Shown: piece after piece, positions 23,395 through 36,520 of the stretch
How positions within the stretch are numbered: the stretch's first letter is position 1
Layout of the letters: each line of letters opens with the position of its first letter
Assembly (NCBI RefSeq): GCF_004010195.1
Contig: NC_057754.1
Location: forward strand, 7,583,546 to 7,647,545
From: Chiloscyllium plagiosum
Taxonomy: Eukaryota
Direction: 5' to 3'
DNA length: 64,000 bases
Translations under genes and position numbers: made by a program
Notes under the pieces: generated by a model
What the model saw: only the letters and a program-made list of their open reading frames with translations
Databases searched by the model: none
Told to the model about the DNA's origin: nothing

Positions 23395-23800
23395 CCAGCA
23401 TTGATCAGCCTCGCTCCGCGCATGCGCCGACACCCTGACCTTAAACCCCGCCTCACCAACGCCCTACCCCAATCGGACGCGGGGCCGGCGCGGCTCACGC
23501 TCCCTATTGGACGGCGATGCTTTACCCTTCCCCAATGCCTGTCCTCTGCCGCATTCGTTTGGCCGCCGTATCTGTCGATCACCCGTCCCCAGCCAAATGC
23601 CATTACCGATTGGACAAGCGTTGTGTCAATCACCTCGCGCCTGTTCCCCGATTGGTTTCGCCTTCCGCCCGCCCCTTGGTTACCGCCAACAAGGGTGCGA
23701 GGCGGTGCAAGAAGAGCCCCAGTCGACCGGGAACAAGTACCACAGCGCCACTCACAGCTCGGCGATTGCAATCAATAGTGCATCTTCGAGAACCAGTGCG
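23395..23800 (-). promoter_or_regulatory. ARL2 CpG-island promoter
   Basis: NRF1-type GCGCATGCGC (~23418-23427), GC boxes, and five CCAAT/ATTGG boxes (23469, 23506, 23532, 23609, 23651). Confidence 0.8.
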
Positions 23801-24532
23801 CTCTGTGAGGGGCAAATGAAAGAGAATGGGATGTGCCATACCTCTGAATAATAATAGAGCGAGCTCCAGGGCCAGAAGCAACATATGTAGTAGGAGCACA
23901 TTAGGCCATTCAGCCCATCGAGCCTCCTCTACAATTCAATATCATACCAGAGCCTCAACTACACTTTGCCGCGGAACAGTGTGTGGGGGCAGTCCGTGGG
24001 TCCATCAAGACCACACCAACCCTCCAAAGGCCATGCCAGCCAAACCCACCTCATTCCTACATTCCCCACGACTAACCCATCCGCCAAGACACAGGGACAA
24101 TGGATGTAGGTTTACTTGCTGAGCGGAAAGGTTCATTTTCAGATGTTTTGTCACCATACCAGATAACATCTTCAGTGAGCCTCCGAATGAAGCAATAGTG
24201 GTATAGCCCACTTTACATGTTTGAGTTTCCTTGGATTGGTAAATCTTTTTCTCAGGAGCTAGTAAATGAGATCCAACTCTATCAACAAACACATTGACTT
24301 GAATCCAATTTACCATCCCCGGAGAAAAAGAACAGGAAATGACATCCCCATATGAAATGATGTCACCCAGGAAATTCAAACATATAAATAGAAAGCGGGC
24401 TACATCACCAGTGTTTCATCTGCAGGCTCACTGAAGATGTTACCTAGTAGGGTGACAAGACATCCAGCTCAGCGAGCAAACCTACATCCAGAGCCTCAAC
24501 CTGAGCTATAAATCTTCTCGAAACTCGCTGAG

Positions 24533-24725
24533 AGGCAATTTAGCATGGCCAATCCACCATAACCTGCACATCTTTGGACTGTGGGAGAAAACAAGAGTAC
24601 CTGGAGGAAACCCACACATAGGGAGAATGTGCAATCGCCACACAGACAGTCACCAGAGGCTGGCATTGAACCCATGTCCCTGGCACCGTGAGACAACAGT
24701 GCTAACCACTGTGCCACCCTGCCAT
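24533..24725 (-). mobile_element. HE1-like SINE
   Basis: Same family sequence as the other copies. Confidence 0.85.
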
Positions 24726-24910
24726 CCAAATCTTGGATTTAATTCTAACTATTATATTCTAAGATAGTGCTAGAGAATGGCAACTCTGTACACTTTTCAC
24801 TATACATGTAACATTTTGTTAAACATATCTAGTTTTCAAAGTTTGAGAGAAGATTTGTAGCTCGGGTGCTCGTTGTTGTGGTTCTGTTCGCCGAGCTAGG
24901 AATTTATGTT

Positions 24911-24950
24911 GCAGACGTTTCGTCCCCTGTCTAGGTGACATCCTCAGTGC
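24911..24950 (-). ncRNA. Minimal type I hammerhead ribozyme motif in a Penelope-like repeat
   Basis: Minus strand reads GCA-CUGAGGA-U-GUCACCU AGAC AGGGGAC-GAA-ACGU-C-UGC: complete catalytic core, stem I GCA/UGC, stem II, palindromic stem III and a GUC cleavage triplet. Confidence 0.7.
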
Positions 24951-25599
24951 TTGGGAGCCTCCTGTGAAGCGCTTCTGTGATGCTTCCTCCGGCATTTATA
25001 GCGGTTTGTCTCTGCCCCCGCTTCCGGTCATCATCTGGTTTGGCAATACTGTTATGACAGAGGTGAACCTCACTGTTAATTAAACCAAACACCCAGAAAA
25101 GCTCACCTCAATCTGTTAAAATATGAGTGACCGAGAACTCCCAAAGTCGAAAAACGTGGTGCGAGAAAAGCACAACCGTTGAGCAGCATCCAAGGGGCAG
25201 GAGAATCGACATATCGAGCATAAGCTCTTCATCAGGAATGTTCAAAACGTCGATTCTCCTGCTCCTCCGATGCTGCCTGACCTGCTGCACTTTTCCAGCA
25301 CCACATCCGTCGACTCTGATCTGCAGCATCTGCAGTCCTTAATTTCTCCTCCAGAACTCCTAAATTCAACTATTTAAACATAAATTTATTTTCTAACTCT
25401 AAAAGTGAACATTAAACAAAATCTATTCACAAATCCAAGCCCCTTTCTCTTAACCGTTTACTACCTGCCTCCAACTGATTAACAATATGCTGTCCCAATA
25501 CGATGCTTACTAAAATTACATCAACTTAATTTCAAAACCATTCAGTCCCTATCTTCTGTGTTTTCACTCTTCCAGCTGCTGATCTCCTTAGGTCATCTT

Positions 25600-26420
25600 A
25601 GTCAGAGAGTCATAGAGATGTATAGCATAGAAACTGACCCTTCAGTCCAACTCGTCCATGCCAACCAGATATTCTAACCTAATCTCGTCCCATTTGCCAG
25701 CACTTGGCCCATATCCCTCTAAATCCTTCCTATTCATATACCCATCCAGATGACTTTCAAATGTTGTAATTGTACCCACTTCCACCTCTTCCTCTGGCAG
25801 CTCATTCCATACATCCCCCACCCTCTGCGTGAAACAGTTGCCCCTAAGGTTCCTTTCAAATTTTGCCCCTCACTCTAAACCTATGCCCTCTCGTTCTGGA
25901 CTCCCCCACCCCAGGGAAAATACCTTGTCTATTTACCCTATCCATGCCCCTCATGATTTTATAAACCTCTATAAACCGCCTCTGACGCTCCAGCCCCAGC
26001 CTGTTCAGCATCTCCCTTTACTCAAATCCTCCAACACGGACAACATCCTTGTAAATCTTTTCTGAACCTTTTCAAGTTTCACAACGTCTTTTCGATAAAG
26101 AGAGACCAAGATTGCACACAATAGTGCGCACACCACTAATTTTGGTGTTATTGGTAAACTTACTAACTGTATCTCCTATGTTTATATCCAAATCATTTGT
26201 GTAAATGACAAAACGTAGTGGACCCAGCACCGATCCTTGTGGCACTCCACTGGTCACAGGCCTCCAGGTGAAAGGCAACCCTCCATCACCACCCTCTGTC
26301 TTGTACCTTCGAGCCGGTTCTGTTTCCAAATGGCTAGTTCGCCCTGTATTCAATGTGATCTAACCTTGCTAACCAGTTTACCGTGAGGAACCTTGTCAAG
26401 TACCTTACTGAATTCCATAA
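25600..26420 (-). mobile_element. CR1 LINE 3' fragment
   Basis: WRPVTSGVPQGSVLGP peptide; tail at ~25600-25650. Confidence 0.85.
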
Positions 26421-27760
26421 GAACAGGGGACGATGCTCACTTCATCGATTGCCAATTGCGACGTGCCATAGCGAGAAACCGTGATGACCCCCTCAGGAGA
26501 CGGGTTGCAACCAATCGGGTATCCTTTGTTGTCCATTACTTCTTGGGATCTGAAAAACTACACCGTGTTCTTCGCAGCCTGCAACACCTTATCGCTGAGG
26601 ATGAGCACCTCACCCAGGCCTTCCCTAAACCTTTACTTCTCACCTTTAAACAACTGCCAAACCTCAAAGAAACTATTGTTCACAGCAAACTGCCCAGCCT
26701 TCAGGATAAAATCGACCACCACACTGTACAACCCTGTCATGGCAACCACTGCAAATGTGTCAGAGTGTTGACATGGATCCACCATTACACATGGGGACAC
26801 CACCCACTGTGTACGCTGTAGGTACTGATGTGACTCGGCCAACATTGTCTATCTCATACGCTGCAGGCAAGGATGCCCCGAGGCATGGTATGTTGATGAG
26901 ACCAAGCCAACGCTATGACAACAGAGGAATGGACACCGCACAACAATCACCAGTCGGGGAACACTTCAGCTGTCAGGGACATTCAGGTGACCATTCTCCA
27001 AGCCAGACTTTGGGATAGGCAACAACGCAAAGTGGCCGAGCAGAGGCTGATAGCCAGGTTCAGTATCCATGAGGATGGCCTCGACTGGGATCTTGGGTTC
27101 ATGTCACACTACAGGTGACCCCACTACGCTATACACACTCACACACACATACAACCCCCACACACTCACCCTCTTATACTCCATGACACACACACACACA
27201 CACACTCGCATGTGCGCGCGCACACACACTCACTCACTCTCTCATGCACGTGCACACACACGTAAGTCAATGGGGTGAACTTGTATTTGCAGATACATTC
27301 TATTTTGCTCAAATAATGTCTGCAGATTGTGCAGCCAGTCAATCCATGTAATATTTTGTAAATTCCACTATGGAAATAGAACCAGTCTGCCTCAAGATTG
27401 GGATACAGACAGACTCTAACCTCACACGTTAATGCATTGTTGGAGCTGAGATATCACTTTTTTTGGAGAAAACTTTAAGTTATCTCGAGAATGTAACTTA
27501 AAAGAAGTTCTGGGATTTACATATTCATGAACCGAAACCTGCAACCCATTCTAAAAGACGAAAGACTGAACAGCAATCTAGGTTTGTTCAATGTATCATT
27601 TCTGTTGCATGACAATGTAATTTTTTGCTGTAAATTCTGTGTCTTATGATCCGGCTCTCTAATCACCCAATGAAGGAGCAACACTTTCAAAGTTAGTGCT
27701 TCCAAATAAATCTGTTGGACGATAACCTGGTGTTGCGAGATTTTTAACAAAGCCCACAGA
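26420..27760 (+). mobile_element. Penelope-like element fragment (GIY-YIG endonuclease remnant and 3' region)
   Basis: NIVYLIRCRQGCPEAWYVDET at ~26841-26903, preceded by a Cys-rich linker; frameshifted; (CA)n at ~27185-27262. Confidence 0.8.
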
Positions 27761-27764
27761 GATT

Positions 27765-29725
27765 GTGTCCACCTCCCTGTCCTCATCAAACCTCTTCATT
27801 ACTTTGTCAAAAAAGCTCAATTATGTTTGTCAGACATGATTTCCCACGCAGAAAGTCATTTTGACTATCCTAATGAGTCCTTGCCTTTCCAAATACATGC
27901 AAATCCTGATTCCCTCTAAAAACTTGCCCACCACCAATGTCAGGCTCACCGGTTTATAGTCTCCTGGCTTGTCCTTATCATCTTTCTTAAATTATAGCAC
28001 CACATTAGCTAACCTTCAGTCTTCTGGCACCTCACTTGTGACTATCAATGATACAAATTTCTTAGTAAGGTGCCTATCAATCACTTCCCCAGCTTCCCAG
28101 AGTTCTAGGGTACACCTGATCAGGTCCTGGGGATTTATCCACTTTTACACATTTTAAGACATCCAGCACTTCCTCCTCTGTAACATGGACATTTTAAGTG
28201 GTCACCATCTATTCCCTCACATTCTATATCTTCCATGTCCTTCTCCACAACAAACACTGATGCAAAATACTCGTTTAGTATCTCCCCCATCTTCTGCGGC
28301 TCCATACAAAGGCCTTGCTGATCTTTTGCCTTGCTGATCTTTGAGGGGCCCTGTTCTCTCCCTAGTTACCCTTTTGTCCTTAATGCATTTACAGAATCCC
28401 TTTGGATTCTCCTTAATCCTATTTGCCAAAGCACTCTCATGTCCCCTTTTTGCTGTCCTGATTTCCCTCAAGTACACAGAGGAACCTCAACTATCCGAAT
28501 ATCAATTTTCTCGAGTTCCCGATACAAACGTTACCTCAAAGACGTGTTTCCAACACTGATTGCATCTTTTGTTTACAGGGATTAAACCGGCAGTTTCCAA
28601 ATGACTGACCTCCCGCCTTCTCTTTTTCCCCGCACTTTCCCTGGAGTTCTACAGAGGGGTGTACCCTAATCCCCCCTTCCCCAGATGATCTCTCCAGCAT
28701 TGCCCTGTGTCAAAAAGTTGCAGTAAAAAGTTGTGTGGGTGTGGGGCTATGGCTGTGTATTGTCTGTGTGCTAGTTGGAGACTTACCTCACAAAGGCAGC
28801 AGCAGTCTTGTTGTTGGCGTCCAGTCCGGCTGCCCCAGAGAGGATGAGCAGTTTTGGACAGGGTTGGGGGGCAGGGGCTCACGCGCGGTTGATTATCCGA
28901 ACAAAATAATGCCCACCCACCTCGTTCAGATAATCGAGGTTCTTCTGTACTTCTACTGCCTTTCTACTCCAAGGATTCACCTGATCTGTCCTCCTTCCTC
29001 TTACCCAAACCCTCAATTTCTCTAGTCATCCAGCATTCCCTACATCTATCAGCCTTGCCTTTCACCCTAACAGGAACATACCGTCTCCGGACTCTCATGA
29101 CCTCATTTTTGAAGGTTTTACCTGCAAATTTCTTTCCCCAATCAAAAGTTCTTGCCTAATACTGTCAAAATTGGCCTTCTTCCAGTTTAGAACTTCAATT
29201 TTGAGATCCAGTCTATTCTTTTCCACCACTATTTGAAAACCAATAGAAGTAAGATCGCTGTCCTCCAATGACATCTCAGTCACCCGCCCTGCCTTATTTA
29301 CCAAGAGTAGGTCAAGTTTTGCACCTTCTCTAGTCAGTACATCCATATATTGAATCAGCAAATTTTCTTCTATAAACTTAAATTCCTCTCCATCTAAACC
29401 TTTAACACTATGGCAGCCCCAATCTATGTTTGGTAAGTTAAAATCCCCTACCAGTACCACCCTATTATTCTTAGAGATAAATGAGATCTCACGAATTTGT
29501 TTCTCAATTTCCCCACTGACTATAGTCAGGGAAGTCCATACACAATGCTATTAAGGTGATCATTCCTTTGTTCTCAGTTTCACCCAAATAACTTCCTCAG
29601 ACACATGCCCAGGAATATCCTCAAGTACAGTGCAATGCTATCTCTTACCAAAAATGCCGCTACCCCCTCCTCTCTTCTCCCCCTTTCTATTCTTCCTATA
29701 GCATTTGTATCCTGCAACATTAAGC
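27765..29725 (-). mobile_element. CR1 LINE ORF2 fragment (endonuclease to RT N-terminus)
   Basis: VLVGDFNLPNIDW, TREGAKLDLLL and IKENPKGF peptides. Confidence 0.85.
28477..28947. mobile_element. Non-autonomous DNA transposon (Tc1/mariner-pogo-like MITE)
   Basis: Imperfect ~23-bp terminal inverted repeats cagaggaacctcaactatccgaa / ttcagataatcgaggttcttctg; TA on the right flank; splits a CR1. Confidence 0.75.
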
Positions 29726-29727
29726 TG

Positions 29728-31618
29728 GACCCTCTGGTTCGGGACCCCATCATTGCACATCAGGCCATTACTTCCAGGACTGACACAGACCTCCATTCCT
29801 CGAGATCTCCCCTTTTTGGCTTCCTACCTCATAGAACCCAATCCCATGCAGCCCACTCCCATGTTTTAAATTGGCAGACCCATCATTGTAGGCGGTTCCT
29901 TCCCCACTGAAGTTATTTATTCTTAATCTTGACTCAACATTGATCCCCTTGTTCATTCCCTTCCCACTTACATTCATGTTTCTTTGAAACTTGGCAGCTG
30001 TTTCACGATTTCCAGTGCCCTAGCCCAGCTGCCTCGTCTTCACCAGGGACTTGGGTGTCCTGTTGCTTTCATCTTAATGCAAGTTTGATAGAGTTTTCTA
30101 ATTTCTTCGAGAGCAAGATGTTATATTGGCACTTAGCTCTCTGGCTCTACGGCAGTTACTCTGACCAATTTTCAGAACGTCTGCATTCTTTTACCCCAAC
30201 ATCAGATCACCTCATTGGTTCAATGTCGGCAAAATAATAAATTAAAACTCAACTGGGTTTTCGTATTCTGGTAGGAGAAAGAGAGGACTGCAAAGATCAT
30301 GATTTTGGTGCTGGAAAAGCACAGCCAGTCAGGCAGCATTCCAAGGAGCAGGAGAATCGATGTTTCGGGTATAAGACCTTCATCAGGAAATTTTCTTATG
30401 AAGACCTTATCCCCAAAATGTCGATTCTCCTGCTCCTTTGTTGCTGCCTGACCTGCTGTGCTTTTCCAGCATCACACACTACTTTTAATATCCTGGGGCA
30501 TAATTTAAACTGACTGGTTAAATTGGAGTTGTCAAAACAGCACCCAAAACTCAGGTATCCATTTCACAGCCAAATGTTACCTATTTTCAAGTTTCCATAA
30601 CCCGGAGACTGCTATCTAGTCATATCATAGGTGCCTGTAATCTCAGTTCAGAATAGCACTCTCTCCAAGGTACAGTACATGCCTTCAACAGCATAATAGT
30701 ACCCTTTAGTATCGTGTATAACTCAATGAGATCTTCTCTCATGCTTCTAAACTTCAGAGAATATAGGTCTAAACTGGTCACTCACTCGTTACAAGACATG
30801 GGTGGCATGGTGGCTCAGTGGTTAGCACTGCTGCCACACTGCACCAGGGACCTGGGCTCAATTCCCACCTTGGGCGACTGACTGTGTGGAATTTGCACAT
30901 TCTCACTGTGTATGCGTGGGTTTCCTCCAGGTGCTCCGGTTTCCTCCCACAGTCCAAAAATGTGCAGGTCAGGGTGGATTAACCATGCTAAATTCATAAT
31001 GTTAGGTGCAGGGGTAAGTGGAGGGGAATGGGTCTGGGTGGGTTGCTCTTCGGAGGGTCAGTGTGGACTTGTTGGGCCGCAGGGCCTGTTTCCACACTGT
31101 AGGGAATCTAATCAAACCCTCATCGCTGGAATTTATTGAGTGACCCTCCTCTGAATATTGCTCTCTAAACCCCTCACCCAATCTAACCTGGCTTCTCTCA
31201 GGTCTCACTCTGGCTTGGTTAGGAGGGTGGTGCAGTTATCATCACAGCATGCTGATGTCTACCTTGCAGAGGTCACCTCAGATACTTCCACCTCGACCCC
31301 CTGGATCAGGACATTGCACATCAGGCCATTACTTCCAGGACTGACACAGACCTCCACTCCGAGATCTCCCCTTTTTGGCTTCCTACCTCAGAACCCAATC
31401 CCATGCAGCCCACTCCCATGTTTTAAATTGGCAGACCCATCATTGTAGGCTGTTCCTTCAAATAATAAGTTATTTATTCTTATCTTGACTCAACATTGAT
31501 CCCCTTGTTCATTCCCTTCCCACTTACATTCGTGTTTGTTTGAAACTTGGCAGCTGTTTCACGATTTCCAGTGCCCTAGCCCAAGCTGCTTCATCTTCAC
31601 CATGGGCTTGAGTGTCCT
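29728..31618. repeat. Local direct duplication of ~330 bp (29728-30061 and 31295-31618)
   Basis: Long runs of identity read directly. Confidence 0.9.
30800..31112 (+). mobile_element. Full-length HE1-like SINE
   Basis: A/B boxes and tail. Confidence 0.9.
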
Positions 31619-32399
31619 TAAAGAAGTGCATAATACCCGCCAATACCCTAGAAACTTTCAGAGACAAGTAGGCAATGCAGGGCTTGGAGTGCATTATCAA
31701 ACCCTCCAACTTCAGTTTAATTTAAACCCCTCCCTCATCCCCTAATGTTGCTGCTGCACTGCCCCTAGTGGGCAGTGCCAGTATTTCATTAGTTGTTCAA
31801 TCGGTTACACAAATAAGGTGGAATTTTGCTGAAAGAAAATTGAGGTCTACCTGCAGCAACCTGATACAATTTTTAAAAAGCACTTCCTTAGGCAGCTGGC
31901 CATCAAAATTCCAACTGCCTGCTCCTTTTCGGTGGTTTGTTTTACCTGGGTGTTGTTGGAGTGAGAACTCTAATATCAAAGCATTCAGTGAGGGGAACAC
32001 TGAAAGGGCTGGATGCATTATTTCACCCCTCTAGTTACCTCATTATCACCCCGACCCCACCTTAACATTTCCCTTCACTATTTGGTCATCTTACAATGCC
32101 CCTAGCATTCATTACAACAGCTGGGCTCCTCCCCACTTGGGTTTCTGGACAGGGAGAGGATTCTGATGGGAAAGGTGGAAACTGGTGTGTGAGAGAAAAT
32201 AAAACCTTTGTAGATCTCCAAGCCCAATTCAAGGAATGCATGTTGCTCTGTGGTGCAGGGGGAGCATAAGACAGGCAGGGGAAGGTTTGTCACGAAGGAC
32301 GGTATTGGAATTCCAAGGATGCCCATAGAGACCAAGCAGGCTATAGAGGATGAAGCAAATCATCCACACATGTCAGTTGGGTAGGGGGTCTTCCAACAG

Positions 32400-32930
32400 T
32401 CAGTCACACAGCAAGAAAACAGAACCTTTGGTCCAACCAATCCATGCCAATCATAATTCCAAACTAAACTGGTCCCATGTGCCTGCACTTAGCCCATATC
32501 CCACCAAACATGTCTTTACCATGTACTTATCTCAATGTCTTATAAACATTGAGAGTATACCTGCATCCACCACTTCCTCTGAAGTCATTCCACATAAAAA
32601 CTAAACAAAATTGCCCCTCACGTCTTTAAGCATCTCTCTCCTCTCACCTTAAAAAAAATCCCCTTGTCTTGAAATCCCCGACCCGAGGCAAAAGTCACCT
32701 GCCATTCACCTTATCTATATGCCCCTCATTTTATAAATGCCAAAAAGGTCATCTCTCAACATCCTATGCTCCAGTGAAAGAAGACCCAGACTAAACAGCC
32801 TCTCCTTTTGACTCAAACCCTCCATTCCCAGCAACATCCTTATAAATCTTCTGAACCCTTTCCAGCTTTAATATCTTTCATAAGACAGGGCAACCAGACC
32901 TGGACAATTCTCCAGAAGAGGCCTAAATCT
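32400..32930 (-). mobile_element. CR1 LINE 3' fragment
   Basis: Similar to other CR1 tails in the window. Confidence 0.7.
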
Positions 32931-35429
32931 TGTACATCTCAACATAGTGTGCAAAGCGAGACTGACCAGAAGGGTCTCGGGGATGAAGGATTTTAGCCAC
33001 AGTCAAGAGTCACTACCCTGGGGGCGAAGGAGATAGAGGGGAGATTTGATCTGATCCTACTTTTATTTAGGAAATTGGCTTCCATTCACTGGAAGTACAA
33101 GGACCAGATGAGGGGAGACAGGTTTAGTGTAAGGACCTTTATTGACCCAGAACATGCTGCCCCAAAAGGGAGGGGGCAGAGAAGCAGAGACAATGAACTA
33201 TTTCAAAAAGGGAACCGGAAGGGGTACCTGCAGGAAACAAACCTACAAAGGCCCCACACACAGTACTGGAGGGTGGGTGAATGGACTGACCAATAATAAT
33301 TCAATATCAGTCCTGCCCAACAAAGGGTAATGAAAGCAAATTCAATAGGGCACCTTCATAACAGGGAAAAAAAAGGAAATACATGAAGGGAACAAATAAT
33401 TGCCAAACCATAGGGAAGTGCGTTGTGAGGGGATGGAGAAAACGATGAGTGTAATTGGATAGCGCACACAGTTCAAATAGCTCCCTTTTTTTCTATACCA
33501 TTCAATGTTTCAGGGTGTTGGCTTCCTCATGATTCAATGACAGCTTAAACAACTGAAACACAGACCACCTCCCTTCCCACATACCGTTGGCGAGGAATGC
33601 CTGCTCTGTGCCCAGCTCCTGAAAGGCTCACTTGGCTGTGCAGATAACCACACACATGCACGATTTGTACTGGCAACTGAACCAGGTTATTTCTCAACAG
33701 CCAATACAAACAAACCACCAGGTGAGCACCAGAGATGCTCCGGCACATCAAACTGTTATGTACGGGCTGTTAGAATGAGCTAGCACAGCTCAGGAACTAA
33801 ACAGATTCCCTTCCCAAAAGGGAGCGACCCAGAGAAAAGGCTGAAACCAGGAGGGTTAATCCAGCAAAGGCTGGGGCCACAGCACATAAGAGGTGGCAGG
33901 AATCGGATTACTCAGAACTTGCAAACACATGAGCGCCATTCTGATTGCCTTGAATAACCCAGTGGGAAGGAGCCTCAGACACTGCTGTTACTGTCTTGAT
34001 GATGGACGGTTTCATTTGCACTAGTGTCACCCAGACTAACTCTGCTGCCAAAGCACAGCTGTGCCCTTTGCAAACTGCCTCAAAGTCAGACTGGTTACGG
34101 ATTCTGGGCACGTACTGTCTGAAGGGGGCCTTGAGGGAATCAAACTGCAAACAGTCGCACACTGGAGCTAATTAAACGCACCATTATACTGGCCATCAAC
34201 TCCAGGCTACAAATAACTTTTGGTCAGGCCAGCAAGATGACATTCCCTTTTGTAAATAATAACTAAGATTTTCAACATGAAAATCCAAATGAAATAGAGA
34301 GTGAGTACTGGATTCCATTGCTACTGGACATACATTCTTGTCAGCTTCAGTAACATTAGATGTAGCAGCAGATGAATTTTACTAGTACAGACTCACTCTG
34401 CGCTGACCCTCTGCCGGCACATGTATACACAGAAAAAAATACGCTCAGGACATGACATTTGTGCATGAAGCCTTTATTGACAATACTGTTTGTACATGAA
34501 TTCCCAAAAAGACTTTGGTTCATGCTAATACCTAGTATCATACAGAACATAGAATTGAAAATGCAGAAGCTATGATAAAAAACTACACAAGACAAGAACT
34601 GACCATGAAAACTTTGAGGTTTCTATATAAAGACCTGTAAGTGATGAGAATCTACACAGGTTAGGTTCTCTCTTGCTTGAGTGATATGCAAACTGCACTT
34701 TGTCCTGGGACGTCTTGTTTTGAGATTTAAGTATTGGTCACATGGAGCACAAATGGGAAAGTGTTTTGAAGGGGTGGACAGGAGATGGGGAGAGAATTGC
34801 CCAGCATCTTGCCCAATAATCAGGTCTTGCCATTGTTATGTCCGTTATTTTCCTTTCCTGTAACTGTGACACCTCAGTATAATCTCGGGCGAGCTGGAGA
34901 AAGCCAGCAGAATAACTTAGCCACAACTACTCTACTGAGTGGAGAGTCAAAACAATACATCTCCCACTCCAAGTCCAAGTCAGCTTGCTGCCTGGGGTGA
35001 AGCTGACACTGTTTTAGCCTTCGTGGTCCTCACTAGCCTTGCCAGGTAGCGAGAATATGACAGAAATCCTGTGTGCTCTCAAGGGAGAAACTGACTTTAG
35101 TCATGGACGTACCTGAGTTAACACTCACCCAAGGATAAGCAAATTTCAGCTCACACAAGATGATCATTTCTAATCTCACAGTCACGTTGCTTTGGGAGAA
35201 GTGTCTGAATTATAACCAAAACATTCTCCATGTTCATGTTCAACATTAACCAGACAGACTACACATGAAATGCTTTGTAGTGTTTCACTCTCCTCACGTA
35301 AGGACATAACTGAGCAGTTCAGAGAAAATTCATGCCATGATTTTTTTTGGAATGAAGAGATTTCTATGAAAGCTTGAGCGCTTGGGCTATTACTCATTGA
35401 AGTTTCAATGAGAGGGAGGTGACAGTGAA

Positions 35430-36520
35430 AGGAAACATTGCTTCGTTGAGTTCAGAGAAGATTTACTAGGATGATCCCTGATATGGAGGGAGTGCCTGAA
35501 AAGCAAAGTCTAAACAGGTTGAGACGCTTACTCACCGGAGCTCAGAAGAGACGACCTGACTGAAACATGACAGGCGCTTAACAGGTAAATGCTGAGAGGA
35601 GGTTTCTCCTCATGGGACAGTCTAGGATCAGAGGGCATAGCTTCAGAATAAATGGGCTCCAATGAAAAGGAATTTCTTCTCTCAAAGGATTGTAAATCTT
35701 TGGAACTCCTGACAGAGATCTGCGGGGGGCAGAGTCCATGAGTATATTTAAGGCTGAGAGATGTATTCTTGATCAGTTGTGGAAGCAAGAGTTACAGGGA
35801 AAGGGCACTAAAGTGGATGTGAGGAATGTCAGATCAGCCACAATCCTAATGAGTGGTGAAACAAGCTCAAGAGGCTGAACAGCCTACTCCTGTTCCGATT
35901 ACTTATGTTTGATAGATTGGATGCTGGGAGAACGTTTCCCCTCAGGGGGAAATATTTAGAACTAGGGGGACACAGTCTAACAATCTGGGGTCTCCCAGTT
36001 AACACAGAGATGAGAACTCTTGTTTTAAGTAAGTGGAGTTGCGGGACAAAAATCTTAAAATTCAGTCCAATAATTGCGAACAAAATGAATTTTTTTGCAA
36101 AAGAATTACCGTTTCCTAAAGCAACCTGGAACAGCTGTCCGACTTGGGAAGTTAAATCATTCAATCAAGCAAAACTTGACTAGTGAGAACGAACAGCTGA
36201 GTTGCCATCAGCTTCAAATTTAAGGTGCTTCTGAATTTTGCATAAAGGTTGGACATTAAAGATCTGATAAGACCTGAATTTTCTCCACACAGACTGTTCA
36301 TCTATGGAATTCTCTACCACAAAGAGCATGGAAGTTGGGGCATCAAATAGAGTCATGGCTGTTTTAGATAGAGTTTGATTCATGAGGGAGTCAAACATAT
36401 TGGGGGTGGGGGAGTACAGGAAAGAAAGTTGCATTAAAATCATAATCAGATCAGTCATGACCTTTTGAATGGCAAGGCAGGAGCGACGGGGTGAATGGCC
36501 TACCCCTTTTCCTATTTCTT
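35430..36520 (+). mobile_element. Old CR1 3' fragments
   Basis: Degenerate RT C-terminus and gaatggcctactcct-type tails. Confidence 0.65.

Noticed and set aside
4744..23433. Long ORFs spanning N runs (e.g. 418, 372 and 345 aa)
   Set aside because: Artefacts of assembly gaps
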